From NCBI GenBank assembly GCA_045105515.1, contig JBGCDR010000409.1, positions 1-24,983 of the forward strand: a DNA stretch of 24,983 nt. Direction: 5' to 3'. Source of the DNA: Oligoflexales bacterium (lineage in GTDB: Bacteria > Bdellovibrionota_B > Oligoflexia > Oligoflexales > Bog-1112). The translations under genes and the position numbers were made by a program. The notes below the pieces were generated by a model. The model ran no database searches. It was not told the DNA's origin and saw nothing but the letters and a program-made list of their open reading frames with translations. Below are positions 8,213 through 17,380 of this stretch, piece by piece. The first letter of the stretch is position 1. The number at the start of each line of letters is the position of its first letter.

Positions 8213-8929
8213 TTGAATAAATTAATCAGTTATCCAATGGTCATGGCGTTCTATTTCTTAAATGCAAAATCTGCACTTGGGCATGCTCCCATGGATTATA
8301 CAACCATGAAACCTAGGAACCAGGTAACCAATTCAAAGACAATCTTGACTGGAGTAGATCCCGCAAGCATGGTGCCTTGTGGAAGCAATGATGCAGCGAA
8401 TACCCCTGGAAACGTACAGCATGTAATTAAGACAGGTGGAACCTTTGAAGTTGTATGGGTAGAAACCATCAATCATCAATCTAAATACCTTATCGATCTT
8501 ATCAGTCAAGATGCTGTTAACGATCCTCTAAATGCAGGAACTCCAGTGAATGTGGTCCTTCATAATCAGGATGACTTTTTTGATGATACGGTTTTTCCTG
8601 CAGCAAATGAAAAGCTAGATAAAGATAGCCCAAATGTGCCTGGCTACGCGGGTAACACAGTCGGGGTTGATCCCAATGCTGTGTACCGGGTCACCGTTGA
8701 GATTCCTGCTGATGTAAACTGTACAAAATGTACTTTGAGGCTTATGCAGAAAATGTATGGAATCCTTGATCCAGACAATCCGACGATTAGTAACACAGTG
8801 TATAGTCACTGCACAGATGTTGAGATTAATGCGGTCGGTCCTGTAGATCCTCCAACTCCTGCAGCAACGGCTCCAAGCGTCCCTACTGGACTCTCAATTG
8901 AAATCACACCTAAAGCAGCAACAAACTAA
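8213..8929 (+). CDS. Secreted polysaccharide monooxygenase-like protein (SCE4755-family-like, His-brace)
   Basis: Signal peptide ending ALG directly before His (HAPM), PCG, WVETINH, CTKCTLRLMQ, YSHCTD and a Pro/Thr tail. TTG start with RBS AGAGGT. Confidence 0.75.
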   Translation: MNKLISYPMVMAFYFLNAKSALGHAPMDYTTMKPRNQVTNSKTILTGVDPASMVPCGSNDAANTPGNVQHVIKTGGTFEVVWVETINHQSKYLIDLISQDAVNDPLNAGTPVNVVLHNQDDFFDDTVFPAANEKLDKDSPNVPGYAGNTVGVDPNAVYRVTVEIPADVNCTKCTLRLMQKMYGILDPDNPTISNTVYSHCTDVEINAVGPVDPPTPAATAPSVPTGLSIEITPKAATN

Positions 8930-8935
8930 TCACCA

Positions 8936-10645
8936 TTAGTTCTGCAGATACTTTAAGATTGCGGAACGGTCTTTTTGTGTCAATTGCTTATGTTCTTCAG
9001 ATAGTACTGGTGGCATTGGAACTCTTTTACTCAAAAAAGAGTCTATTATCAAATTGCGATTTCTTTTTATTGATTTTCTTACATCTTTTTCAGTTTCACC
9101 GTAAAGGAATTGAATCGGATAATCTATTGACTTTCTGCTGTGGCACTTTCCGCAATACCGAAATAAGAGTTTCAACTCAGGTGTAAAAATACTTGATTGA
9201 CCTATTCCACCCGGAAGAAGCTTAGGTGGGTCTGGAATTTTTTTTTGGCAGCATATTTTGGCCTTAGCTTTGTTTTTTGCTATGCTGATAAACTCTTGCA
9301 GAACATGGTCTCTTTGCAAATGTTCTTGAGCTAATGCAGCATCAGGGGATTTTTTTGCCGCTGCTACCATAGAATCAATGGCCTCGGAAAATTTAGCATA
9401 GTTGAGATTCTTTTTCCCACCAAACAGATTCCAAATAAATATAGTGTCGTCTATAGAAAACATATTGAGAAAGTATTCCGTGTTGCAGTATTTTTGATAT
9501 GGGACTGGTTTAATTTTAATAGGTAGCTGACAATACTGTCGTATGAGCTTGGATTTTTGGACTCTGGTTTTAAGGGGGTCGTGTTTGGCCGGAAGGTTTT
9601 GAATATTTTTTTTGAGATGAGCTATATTTTTGCTCATTTCTTTAAATGGCATTTTCGTCTCGGGTGGATGATGTGAGTCACCAAACACATTTTCATTGGT
9701 AAAGGGATCACGATCCAGCAGAAATGGCTGGGGAATACTCATGATTTTCTCGCGTTTATAGTATTGGTCCATGATTTTGCTATATTCTTTGAGCAGTTTC
9801 CAGTTCTTACCTGGCCAATAATTAAATAGTGTGGCAAAAGCAATCTTGAGGCCCACTGATCTGCAGTGAAGTCTAAACTGCGGTTCATCCCCACAGATTT
9901 TTTTTTGGACCTGATGGGCGAAAAACATTTTACCAGATTCGAGGATACGAAAATCGAACTGCATGGCTCCTTTAGAAAAAATTCTTCCCTTCATATCTTC
10001 GACCATCACAGGATAACCAAAGTAATTTTTACTGCCACGCGCTTCCATGATAGCTTTGCCTATCACATTATTGTCATTGGTTTCAGTCCATGGCTCGGAT
10101 GGAAAAATAGGGATCTGACCTTCATGACATGAGGTGCAAAGGTTTCTTGGAGCGTAATAAAGCTCAGGTTCCGAGCCTTTTTTATAGTTTTTGACAACTT
10201 GAAATTCAAATCTTGCATCCTGAGGGTTATAGCTGATTACTTCTAACATATTACTTGGTTCAACATAGGCTACGTAGAGCTTAGATCTAAGGCTGAGAGG
10301 TATTTATTCCTCCGTGAAGGGAGTTTGTGCGTTGACGGTTGCTAAGATTCTTGGGTACCTAAAAAAATTTGGGTCAGCTGCAAATCTTTGCAAAGAACGG
10401 CCAAATGGAACAAACAATACTGAGATGGGAGCTTCGCTCTTGATGTTCGATTGTGATTTTATCAGTGCTAGGAGTTTTTCAAATGGATAAGGAACAGAGA
10501 GTTTAGATTCATCTTTCTTATTTTGGCTTGCAAGTAAATAGTCAAAGCTTGAGCGTCCTTTGATAGGTAAATCAGAAGTAGTAGCGAAGCTTGGTTTAAA
10601 CGGGGAAAATATAAACGCTATTATGATTATGTGATAGTACTGCAT
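8936..10645 (-). pseudogene. Secreted cytochrome c-like protein with two CxxCH motifs, split by an in-frame TAA at 10304..10306
   Basis: ORFs 10304..10645 and 8936..10249 are in the same frame and the 18 intervening codons are open (IPLSLRSKLYVAYVEPSN). Signal peptide in the first part, CTSCH and CGKCH in the second. Confidence 0.8.
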
Positions 10646-10670
10646 TTTGGCTAGCTTTCTTGGATGAACA

Positions 10671-10794
10671 GGATCTCTCCATTCACTTTGTTAAGTCGAG
10701 ATGACGATACACCATTTCGCTCAGTCGAGATAACGATACACCATTTCGCTCAGTCGAGATGACGATACACCATTTCGTTAAGTCAAGATGACGA
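10671..10794 (-). repeat. 29-bp tandem array (about 3.5 units) ending in a complete REP-like palindrome
   Basis: Units start at 10694, 10723, 10752 and 10781 (AGTCGAGATGACGATACACCATTTCGCTC). 10671..10705 reverse complement is GTCATCTCGACTTAACAAAGTGAATGGAGAGATCC. Confidence 0.9.
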
Positions 10795-10809
10795 CTTTCT
10801 TCATCGACC

Positions 10810-10845
10810 GTCACTCCGACTAAGCGGAGCGCATGGAGGAGTCCC
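10810..10845 (+). repeat. REP-like palindromic element, opposite orientation to the adjacent array
   Basis: GTCACTCCGACTAAGCGGAGCGCATGGAGGAGTCCC aligns with the 10671..10705 element. Confidence 0.65.
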
Positions 10846-10901
10846 CTTGGTAAGCAGACACACCCTCATGCTCGCTCGGTGGTTTTTAGCATAACTTTAG
10901 C

Positions 10902-11402
10902 TCAGAAATAATCTGGATTTTTTTGCTCAGGGATTTTTTCGAGAGTTGCTATTGCCTTTTCCCAAACTTCGGGTACTAGCTTGGATTTCATGGCAAAACT
11001 CGTGGAACGAGATTTTATGATACCTTCACTATTGCTAAAAATAGATGCCATGTGCGGTTGTTCTAGGGCAAAGCGATCCAAGGCATCTTTATCTTTCCAG
11101 ATGGTTAGAGTCCATACTTGGTTTCCGAAAGGCTCCAGGCGCAGTGAGCCACCTACATAGCCCTCTACTGAATATAAGGAAGAGTAAAACTCTTTAGAAA
11201 TATCTAAGAATTTTGATCGTAAATGCCGTTCTACATTTGCGTTAGTGATCGCAACAATAACTTCATTTGCTACCTTTGGACGAATCTGAGCATTCAGTAG
11301 TAGCGGTCCAGCTAGAGGTGCTGAGAAATCTAAAGAGCAAGATGTCACAAGTATGCATACAAGAGAAAGGTAGATAAGTTTAAGCATTATGATAGTCTCC
11401 AA
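10902..11402 (-). CDS. Putative lipoprotein with DUF3291/ABM-like dimeric alpha-beta barrel domain
   Basis: Lipobox-like LVTSC and WTLTIWKDKDALDRFALEQPH motif. True start may be the second Met (MLKLIY). Confidence 0.7.
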   Translation of the reverse strand: METIIMLKLIYLSLVCILVTSCSLDFSAPLAGPLLLNAQIRPKVANEVIVAITNANVERHLRSKFLDISKEFYSSLYSVEGYVGGSLRLEPFGNQVWTLTIWKDKDALDRFALEQPHMASIFSNSEGIIKSRSTSFAMKSKLVPEVWEKAIATLEKIPEQKNPDYF

Positions 11403-11453
11403 TGAGTTGCGACGCTTTTCATTATACCTTTTTCTCGTAAATGAGGGAGAGGC

Positions 11454-12380
11454 TTAGTCAAAGATAGCATCCCAAAAAACCGCTAGAGGCCCGATACCTT
11501 GATGATTTGCAAATTTACCGGTGCCAAAAAGAAAATTATCTTCTTTAGTGTCGACGATGTCCACAGATACATTTAACTGTTTTGGGAGGTTATCATCAAG
11601 GTTTTCAAGAAATTTAATTGCGCTTGGATCATCTCCCATTCTAATAAAACTGAAAGCTGCAAGTGTTTCTCTACCAGACTGCTGTAAATTATTTTCGCGG
11701 ATAATTTTGGCAAAAAAGTCTTTTACCTCATGTTCGTTGTCAGGAGCACCGTCTGTCAAGATAAGAACTGTAAAGGGCTCAGATTTATTGAGTAGTGATT
11801 TCAGTCTGGTTTTATACACATCTTGCAAAGCTTCAGCTAGGGGCGTGCCGCCATCGGGTTCATGTTTTTTAAACATTTTTGAAATATCGTTAACTTTTGA
11901 CATGGTTTTCTTTTTCGTCTTTAGGCCGAATGCACCACCGCTCCAGAATATCAGCTCAACTTTATTGTCTGCATCTAAACTAATAGCCAACTCAGAAATA
12001 CTTTCAGCTGCAACCCGAGCACTATCCCAACGGTTCCAGTTTCCCCAAGTTCTTCTTCCCGTTGGATTATCATCCTTTAAACCCATGGAGCCACTGCGAT
12101 CAACCATGACAAATATTTCCCTAGCAGAAAGAATAGCGAGTTTTTCTTCCTCAGATTGTGCATGTGAAGGAAATGCAACAAGATCCTCGTAATGTGCCTG
12201 GCTCATATTGCTCTTTGTTTGGATAACTTCTTGAGCGATCTCTTCAAGCTGACCTTGGGGAATTTTTCCATTCTTAGTAACACCATATTTATTTTTAATG
12301 CTTTTTCCAAAAATCGTACCAGTGATTGAAAGCTGAGCACAGAGGTAAGACCAAGCTATCGTTTTTATCATTTTCTTCAT
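11454..12380 (-). CDS. Secreted von Willebrand factor type A domain protein
   Basis: MIDAS motif DRSGSM, GGTPLAEAL, ILTDG and a signal-peptide-like N-terminus. Confidence 0.88.
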   Translation of the reverse strand: MKKMIKTIAWSYLCAQLSITGTIFGKSIKNKYGVTKNGKIPQGQLEEIAQEVIQTKSNMSQAHYEDLVAFPSHAQSEEEKLAILSAREIFVMVDRSGSMGLKDDNPTGRRTWGNWNRWDSARVAAESISELAISLDADNKVELIFWSGGAFGLKTKKKTMSKVNDISKMFKKHEPDGGTPLAEALQDVYKTRLKSLLNKSEPFTVLILTDGAPDNEHEVKDFFAKIIRENNLQQSGRETLAAFSFIRMGDDPSAIKFLENLDDNLPKQLNVSVDIVDTKEDNFLFGTGKFANHQGIGPLAVFWDAIFD

Positions 12381-12571
12381 ATTTATTACCTTTTATATAA
12401 ATTTAATAACCGATAAAATATCTAAGGTAATTAAATAGAAATATCAATTAGTATAAAATATTTTATTATATTGCTTATAGTTTATTTATTATCTTGTTTT
12501 TTACTAATGGTATGACCGTACAATTTTTCAGTTTTGATATTGGTAACGAAGGTTTTTTGTGAAGACTTAGT

Positions 12572-13447
12572 TTAAGATTTACATTCCGATGTTGGGAGCA
12601 CTTGTTTGAGTAAGTCCTGTTTAAGCTCGCTTATAAAGTTTATTAGGTGCAGTCGTTGCTGCTTGGTGATTAGTCTATCTGTAGTAATAAGCCTTTGATA
12701 CCAAGTATTCCTAAAGCGTAAATAGGCTGCTCGCTTGGCAGGTGGAATTGCAATAGCTGGATTATTTATCCAGTCAGCAAACCCGCTGTTTAGCTCCTTG
12801 CTACCTTTTGCATTTACCAAGGTATTGATGAAAAAATCGTTAAAATACTTGCGGTTTTCTAGCCTGATTTCTTCTCTAGATCGGTTTAGTCCATAGATTA
12901 AAAACAAGCGAGTTTGCTGCTGTTCAGTTGCCTGTCCATAGAATGTTTCAAAATTTTCCAATATTTTTTCTTTGCGGACTTCTTGGTATTCGTCAGGATC
13001 AAGGTTTAGGGTTTCTTTAATTTCATCAGTTCTTTCAACAAACTTACGCTTGAGCGTAGAAATTTGTGCTTCTTTTAAGCTAGGTTTGAGTTTTGCTAAT
13101 AGATCAATAGATTTTGTAAAAAGCGTGTTTCTCCATTTTTTGATGATGAGCTTAAGTGTCTCTATGGATTGTTCAGTTATTCCAGTAGTAATAATAGTAT
13201 TTATTTTCTCAAAATCCTTTTCCATATCTTTGATGTAGATGCAGCGCATATTCTTCCAAAATATATTCACTTGTTTTTTTATGATCTCTTCCTGCTTATC
13301 TGAAATTGGTTCAAGAGCGGATTCGATTTCTGAAATGAGAAAAGTATCGGTATAGTTGAGAATGAGGCTTCGAAAGGTGCAAGCTTGGAGTAGTAGCAGT
13401 AAGAGTATCATGGTGATGGTGCACAGTTTTCTTGCATCTGCCTTCAT
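12572..13447 (-). CDS. Lipoprotein (DUF6279-like)
   Basis: Lipobox LQAC after a poly-Leu h-region, 'LNYTDTFL' start of the mature part, all-helical body ending ITKQQRLHL. Confidence 0.7.
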   Translation of the reverse strand: MKADARKLCTITMILLLLLLQACTFRSLILNYTDTFLISEIESALEPISDKQEEIIKKQVNIFWKNMRCIYIKDMEKDFEKINTIITTGITEQSIETLKLIIKKWRNTLFTKSIDLLAKLKPSLKEAQISTLKRKFVERTDEIKETLNLDPDEYQEVRKEKILENFETFYGQATEQQQTRLFLIYGLNRSREEIRLENRKYFNDFFINTLVNAKGSKELNSGFADWINNPAIAIPPAKRAAYLRFRNTWYQRLITTDRLITKQQRLHLINFISELKQDLLKQVLPTSECKS

Positions 13448-13516
13448 GTTGTTTTCCTGTAGAAATTTTATAGGGGTTTACAGACTCTATTATAGAAAAC
13501 TTTTGGCAGATTGTCC

Positions 13517-13557
13517 GTCATCCCCAAAACACTTCTTTGCAAGGCTTTAAGGATGAC
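13517..13557. repeat. Inverted GTCATCC...GGATGAC element downstream of the his operon (REP-like remnant)
   Basis: 7-bp inverted arms with the same GTCAT head as the other elements. Confidence 0.35.
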
Positions 13558-13576
13558 AGCAAGAGTCTTTATTTTG

Positions 13577-14224
13577 TTAACGTGCGTCAGCGGAGTTTCT
13601 GTCTTGAAGGCGTTTACATACCTGAGCAATTGAACAGTCTCGAGATTTTAGGAGTACCAGCATGTGATAGAGTAGGTCTGCAGACTCGCTTAGCAGCTCG
13701 TCAGTATCAGGACTAAGGGCAGATAGCGCTACCTCAACTCCTTCTTCACCGACTTTTTGAGCAATGCGCTTGGTGCCCTTTTCGTAAAGCTTGTAGGTAT
13801 AAGAAGACGCTGCTTTGTCTGAAATTCTCTTGCTTATGATTTCTTCTAGCTCAGCTATAAAATTAACTTGACCTTCTTTAGGTGTTTCTTCTTGTGATGA
13901 ACTAAAACAAGACGTAGTCAATTTGTGGCATGTAGGGCCTTTCGGCTTAGCTTTGATGAGGATAGCATCTTGATCGCAATCAAAAGCGATATCTGTAAGT
14001 TCAAGGGTATTTCCGGAGCTTTCTCCTTTAGTCCATAAAGTTTTTCTAGACCTACTATAGAAGCATACTTTGCCGCTGCTAATGGTCTTTTCTAGGGATT
14101 CTTGACTCACATAGCCAAGCATTAAAACCTGTAAAGTCTCCACATCCTGTATGATTGCTGGAATTAGACCTTGCTGCTTTTCCCAGTCTAGCATCTGTAT
14201 TTCTGCAATTGCTTGGCTTCCCAT
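13577..14224 (-). CDS. hisIE: Bifunctional phosphoribosyl-AMP cyclohydrolase/phosphoribosyl-ATP diphosphatase
   Basis: LWTKGESSGN, DCDQD, GPTCH, SSYT, IAQKVGEEGVE and ESADLLYH. Confidence 0.97.
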   Translation of the reverse strand: MGSQAIAEIQMLDWEKQQGLIPAIIQDVETLQVLMLGYVSQESLEKTISSGKVCFYSRSRKTLWTKGESSGNTLELTDIAFDCDQDAILIKAKPKGPTCHKLTTSCFSSSQEETPKEGQVNFIAELEEIISKRISDKAASSYTYKLYEKGTKRIAQKVGEEGVEVALSALSPDTDELLSESADLLYHMLVLLKSRDCSIAQVCKRLQDRNSADAR

Positions 14225-15000
14225 TTGCTTTCCTTCCTTATAGGGATTTCTCGTGTGGTTAAGTACTGTTTTAATGCACTAATCCTTAGGCTTTTATTGT
14301 GAAAAATACTTGCTGCTAAGGCACCATCAACTTGAGTTTTAGTGAATACTTCATAGAAGTCCTCAGCACACCCCGCACCTCCTGAAGCGATTAGAGGCAC
14401 TTCACATTGAGACCTAGCCTTTGATAGCTGCTGGCAATCAAAACCCTTTCTGGTACCGTCGCTACCCATGCAGTTCAAGACAATCTCTCCAGCGCCTCGT
14501 TCCTGGACCTCAGCAAGCCAACTGAAGCTTGATTTATCAGCCTTGCTCATGAGCTCAGGGATGCCAGTGTTAAGATAGCTTTCATAGCCATTATCTTCGC
14601 TCCAGTGGGAATCGATACCCACCACAACACATTGGCGACCAAAGGCCTTTGCCAAGCGATTGATCAGATCTGGGTCCTTAATAGCAGGGCTATTGACTGA
14701 AATTTTATCAGCGCCAGCTCTTAAAACCTCAGCAGCATCCTCCACACTGCGAATCCCTCCCGCTACGCAAAACGGGATATCAAGGACTTTAGCAAGCTTG
14801 GATATCCAGTCAGTGGTGACTCTTCGCCCCTCAGCGCTTGCTGTAATATCATAAAAAACAAGCTCGTCTGCACCTTCATCAGTATAAAAGCGAGCTAAGT
14901 CAAGGATGCCTCCCACCTCTCGGTGCTGGCGAAAGTTAATCCCCTTTACCACCAAACCATTTTTTACGTCTAGACATGGAATGATTCTTTTACTTAACAA
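14188..15000 (-). CDS. hisF: Imidazole glycerol phosphate synthase cyclase subunit
   Basis: KRIIPCLDV, GADELVFYDIT, PLIASGGAG and ALAASIFH. Confidence 0.97.
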   Translation of the reverse strand: MLSKRIIPCLDVKNGLVVKGINFRQHREVGGILDLARFYTDEGADELVFYDITASAEGRRVTTDWISKLAKVLDIPFCVAGGIRSVEDAAEVLRAGADKISVNSPAIKDPDLINRLAKAFGRQCVVVGIDSHWSEDNGYESYLNTGIPELMSKADKSSFSWLAEVQERGAGEIVLNCMGSDGTRKGFDCQQLSKARSQCEVPLIASGGAGCAEDFYEVFTKTQVDGALAASIFHNKSLRISALKQYLTTREIPIRKESKWEAKQLQKYRC

Positions 15001-15716
15001 GCTAGAGCCTCCTTTAGACTGAAGCGCTGCTCATATATTGCTTTGCCTAAAATCATCCCAAAAGCTCCTATTCCTTTGCCCTTGCTTACATCAGTAAGAG
15101 ATTGCACTCCGCCTGAAACCAGGATGTTGAGTCCTGGAAAATACGCGAGCATTTTCTGGTAAAAATTCCAGTTTGCACCCGCCATTGTTCCATCTTTACC
15201 TATGTCGGTGCACAAGAATTGGCAGTCACCGAGTTCTTGATAAAACTTGATCAAATCTTCTACCTTACTTTGACTCTGGCTTTGCCAGCCATCGGTAGAA
15301 ACACAATACCCTTCATCAGTTTCACGAAAATCTAAGGCTATGGTTACTTGCTCGAAGCCAAGCCGCTCGATGATTGCTTTACATTTTGTTGGTTCTTTAA
15401 CTGCCATGCTCCCGAGAATAATGCGGTCTGCGCCCCGGTCAAGGTAGCTGAGAGCATCTTGCTCGTTACGTATGCCTCCACCCACCTGAACTTTGAGTCC
15501 ACTGACATGGACTATTTTTTCTATTAGCTCAGCCTGTCTTCTGGTGCCTGACTTAGCTCCTTCAAGGTCAATTATGTGCAGGTATTCAGCTCCTGCCTGT
15601 CGGTATTCAATGGCTTTTTCAAGGGGATCGCCATACTCTTTTTGTTCATTAAAGTCCCCTTTATAGAGTCTAACGCAGCGTCCTTTCCATAGATCTATGG
15701 CAGGATATATTTTCAT
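14994..15716 (-). CDS. hisA: ProFAR isomerase
   Basis: Start MKIYPAIDL at 15716 (ATGA overlap with the hisH stop). VQVGGGIR, TDIGKDGTM and SGGV. Confidence 0.96.
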   Translation of the reverse strand: MKIYPAIDLWKGRCVRLYKGDFNEQKEYGDPLEKAIEYRQAGAEYLHIIDLEGAKSGTRRQAELIEKIVHVSGLKVQVGGGIRNEQDALSYLDRGADRIILGSMAVKEPTKCKAIIERLGFEQVTIALDFRETDEGYCVSTDGWQSQSQSKVEDLIKFYQELGDCQFLCTDIGKDGTMAGANWNFYQKMLAYFPGLNILVSGGVQSLTDVSKGKGIGAFGMILGKAIYEQRFSLKEALAC

Positions 15717-16303
15717 GATAGGTAGCTCCTCAATAATTCTAGTCCTGCTCTTGACGATTTTTCCGGATGAAATTGAATGCCGACAAAATTTTTGTGCTCG
15801 ACTATCGCCGGAATTGCTTCTACATAATCTGTAACTGCCTTCACCCAAGGCCCACTTTCGCAATAATAGCCATGGACGAAGTAATAATAATCTTCCAGAT
15901 CGTTCCCCTGCCAATATGAGCTAGCTGCAGCGGCTCGCACCTGATTCCACCCCATATGGGGCAAGCTTATTCCAGGTTTGGACGGAATTTTTTTTACCTT
16001 CCCAGGAATAAGGGAAAGACAAGGCACAGGGATAGAACCTTCTTCGGACTCTTCGAAGAGCAGCTGCATTCCTAGGCAAATACCTAAGGTAAGTTGACTC
16101 AATGAGCGTACTGTTTGATCTAATCCCTTTGATTGTAGTCTTTCCATGGCAGTTTCAGCATGACCAACCCCAGGTAGGATCACCTTTTCCGAGTCTGTGA
16201 TCACCTTGGATTCCTCACTTATTTGCCATTTTAGAGCAAGGCGATCAAGTGCACTGCAAATGGAATTTAAATTAGATCCAACGGTTGGGATAATAGTAAT
16301 CAT
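15713..16303 (-). CDS. hisH: Imidazole glycerol phosphate synthase glutaminase subunit
   Basis: ILPGVG, LGICLGMQ, PHMGWN and QFHPEKS. Confidence 0.97.
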   Translation of the reverse strand: MITIIPTVGSNLNSICSALDRLALKWQISEESKVITDSEKVILPGVGHAETAMERLQSKGLDQTVRSLSQLTLGICLGMQLLFEESEEGSIPVPCLSLIPGKVKKIPSKPGISLPHMGWNQVRAAAASSYWQGNDLEDYYYFVHGYYCESGPWVKAVTDYVEAIPAIVEHKNFVGIQFHPEKSSRAGLELLRSYLS

Positions 16304-17370
16304 AAAATCCCTTTCGTTGATGGAAGCTGTCCGCTTGCATTTTTTGCAAAAGCTTGTTCACAGCTTCTGCCAAGACCTTTAAAAATGCTTTCGACCATAT
16401 GATGGGTATTCTCACCCTTGGTCTGGATGTGAATACTGGCACCTAATGCTTGGGAAAATGAGTAGAAAAAGTGTTTGATCATTTCACAATTCATGAGACC
16501 AATATTTTGGGTTCCGAGAGCCCCTTCAAAATTGAGGTAGCTACGGCCGCTCAAGTCAATGCTAATTTGGCTTTCTGCTTCATCCATCGGTAGTAGAAAG
16601 CCATAGCGTCCAATTCCGATTTTGTCACCGAGGGCTTTTTTGATACCTTCGCCCAAAACCAAAGCAACATCCTCGACAGTATGATGATCGTCGATATGGA
16701 GATCACCTTGCGCTTTTAAATTAAGGTAAATACTACTATGCCGGGCAAATTGTTCAATCATATGATCAAGCATTCCAATCCCTGTTTGGATGGAGCTTGG
16801 TTCCTTGCTATCTAGGTTTACTTCCAGAGAGATATCGGTCTCAGTAGTTTTGCGGCTTAATCTTGCAAGCCTAGGCGCACTTAAAATTTGATGGGCAATG
16901 GTATGCCAGTTTGTTCCATTATCTCCAATTATGAAGCCTTTGATCCCCATATTTTTAGCAAGCTGTAAATCACTTTCCCGATCACCTATGACATAAGACT
17001 GGGACCAATCAACCCCTTCTAGTCTTAAATAGTAGGAAACCAAGGTGGTCGCAGGTTTGCGGCAACTGCAAGCATCCTCAGGTTTGTGAGGGCAGATTAA
17101 AACATCATCAAAAGTGATTCCTTGGGAACTAAGAAGTTCAAGAATAAAATTTTGACATAGATCAAAATCTTTTTGCGGGAAGCTTGTGGTTCCCAAACCG
17201 TCTTGATTGGTAACCATAATCAATGAATAATTAGCCATTTTAAGCTTTCTCAAGCTGGGAATGACTTCAGGAAGCAATGAGATTTTTTCCAAGCTATCCA
17301 CTTGTTCATCGAAAGGTTCTTTGACAATGGTTCCATCACGATCGATAAATAACAGTTTTTTATAGGCCAT
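16300..17370 (-). CDS. hisB: Bifunctional histidinol-phosphatase/imidazoleglycerol-phosphate dehydratase
   Basis: FIDRDGT, TNQDG, CPH..CSCRKP, IDDHHTVED and NTHHMVE. Start set at MAYKK after RBS GAGG. Confidence 0.96.
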   Translation of the reverse strand: MAYKKLLFIDRDGTIVKEPFDEQVDSLEKISLLPEVIPSLRKLKMANYSLIMVTNQDGLGTTSFPQKDFDLCQNFILELLSSQGITFDDVLICPHKPEDACSCRKPATTLVSYYLRLEGVDWSQSYVIGDRESDLQLAKNMGIKGFIIGDNGTNWHTIAHQILSAPRLARLSRKTTETDISLEVNLDSKEPSSIQTGIGMLDHMIEQFARHSSIYLNLKAQGDLHIDDHHTVEDVALVLGEGIKKALGDKIGIGRYGFLLPMDEAESQISIDLSGRSYLNFEGALGTQNIGLMNCEMIKHFFYSFSQALGASIHIQTKGENTHHMVESIFKGLGRSCEQAFAKNASGQLPSTKGIL

Positions 17371-17380
17371 CACCTGTTCC

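Noticed and set aside
10694..10794. CRISPR array
   Set aside because: Units are contiguous tandem copies without unique spacers and no cas genes are present. The same applies to 22781..22840.
11521..12192. 223-aa plus-strand ORF and other short antisense ORFs in the track
   Set aside because: Shadow ORFs opposite well-supported genes, with Ser/Leu-rich non-protein-like composition.
12390..12416. ACCGATAA as a sigma28 -10 element
   Set aside because: No matching -35 at 15-nt spacing and no gene downstream on that strand.
15717..15914. N-terminal extension of HisA (and of HisB to 17436)
   Set aside because: The extensions overlap the upstream genes. Canonical starts at 15716 and 17370 have translational coupling or an RBS.
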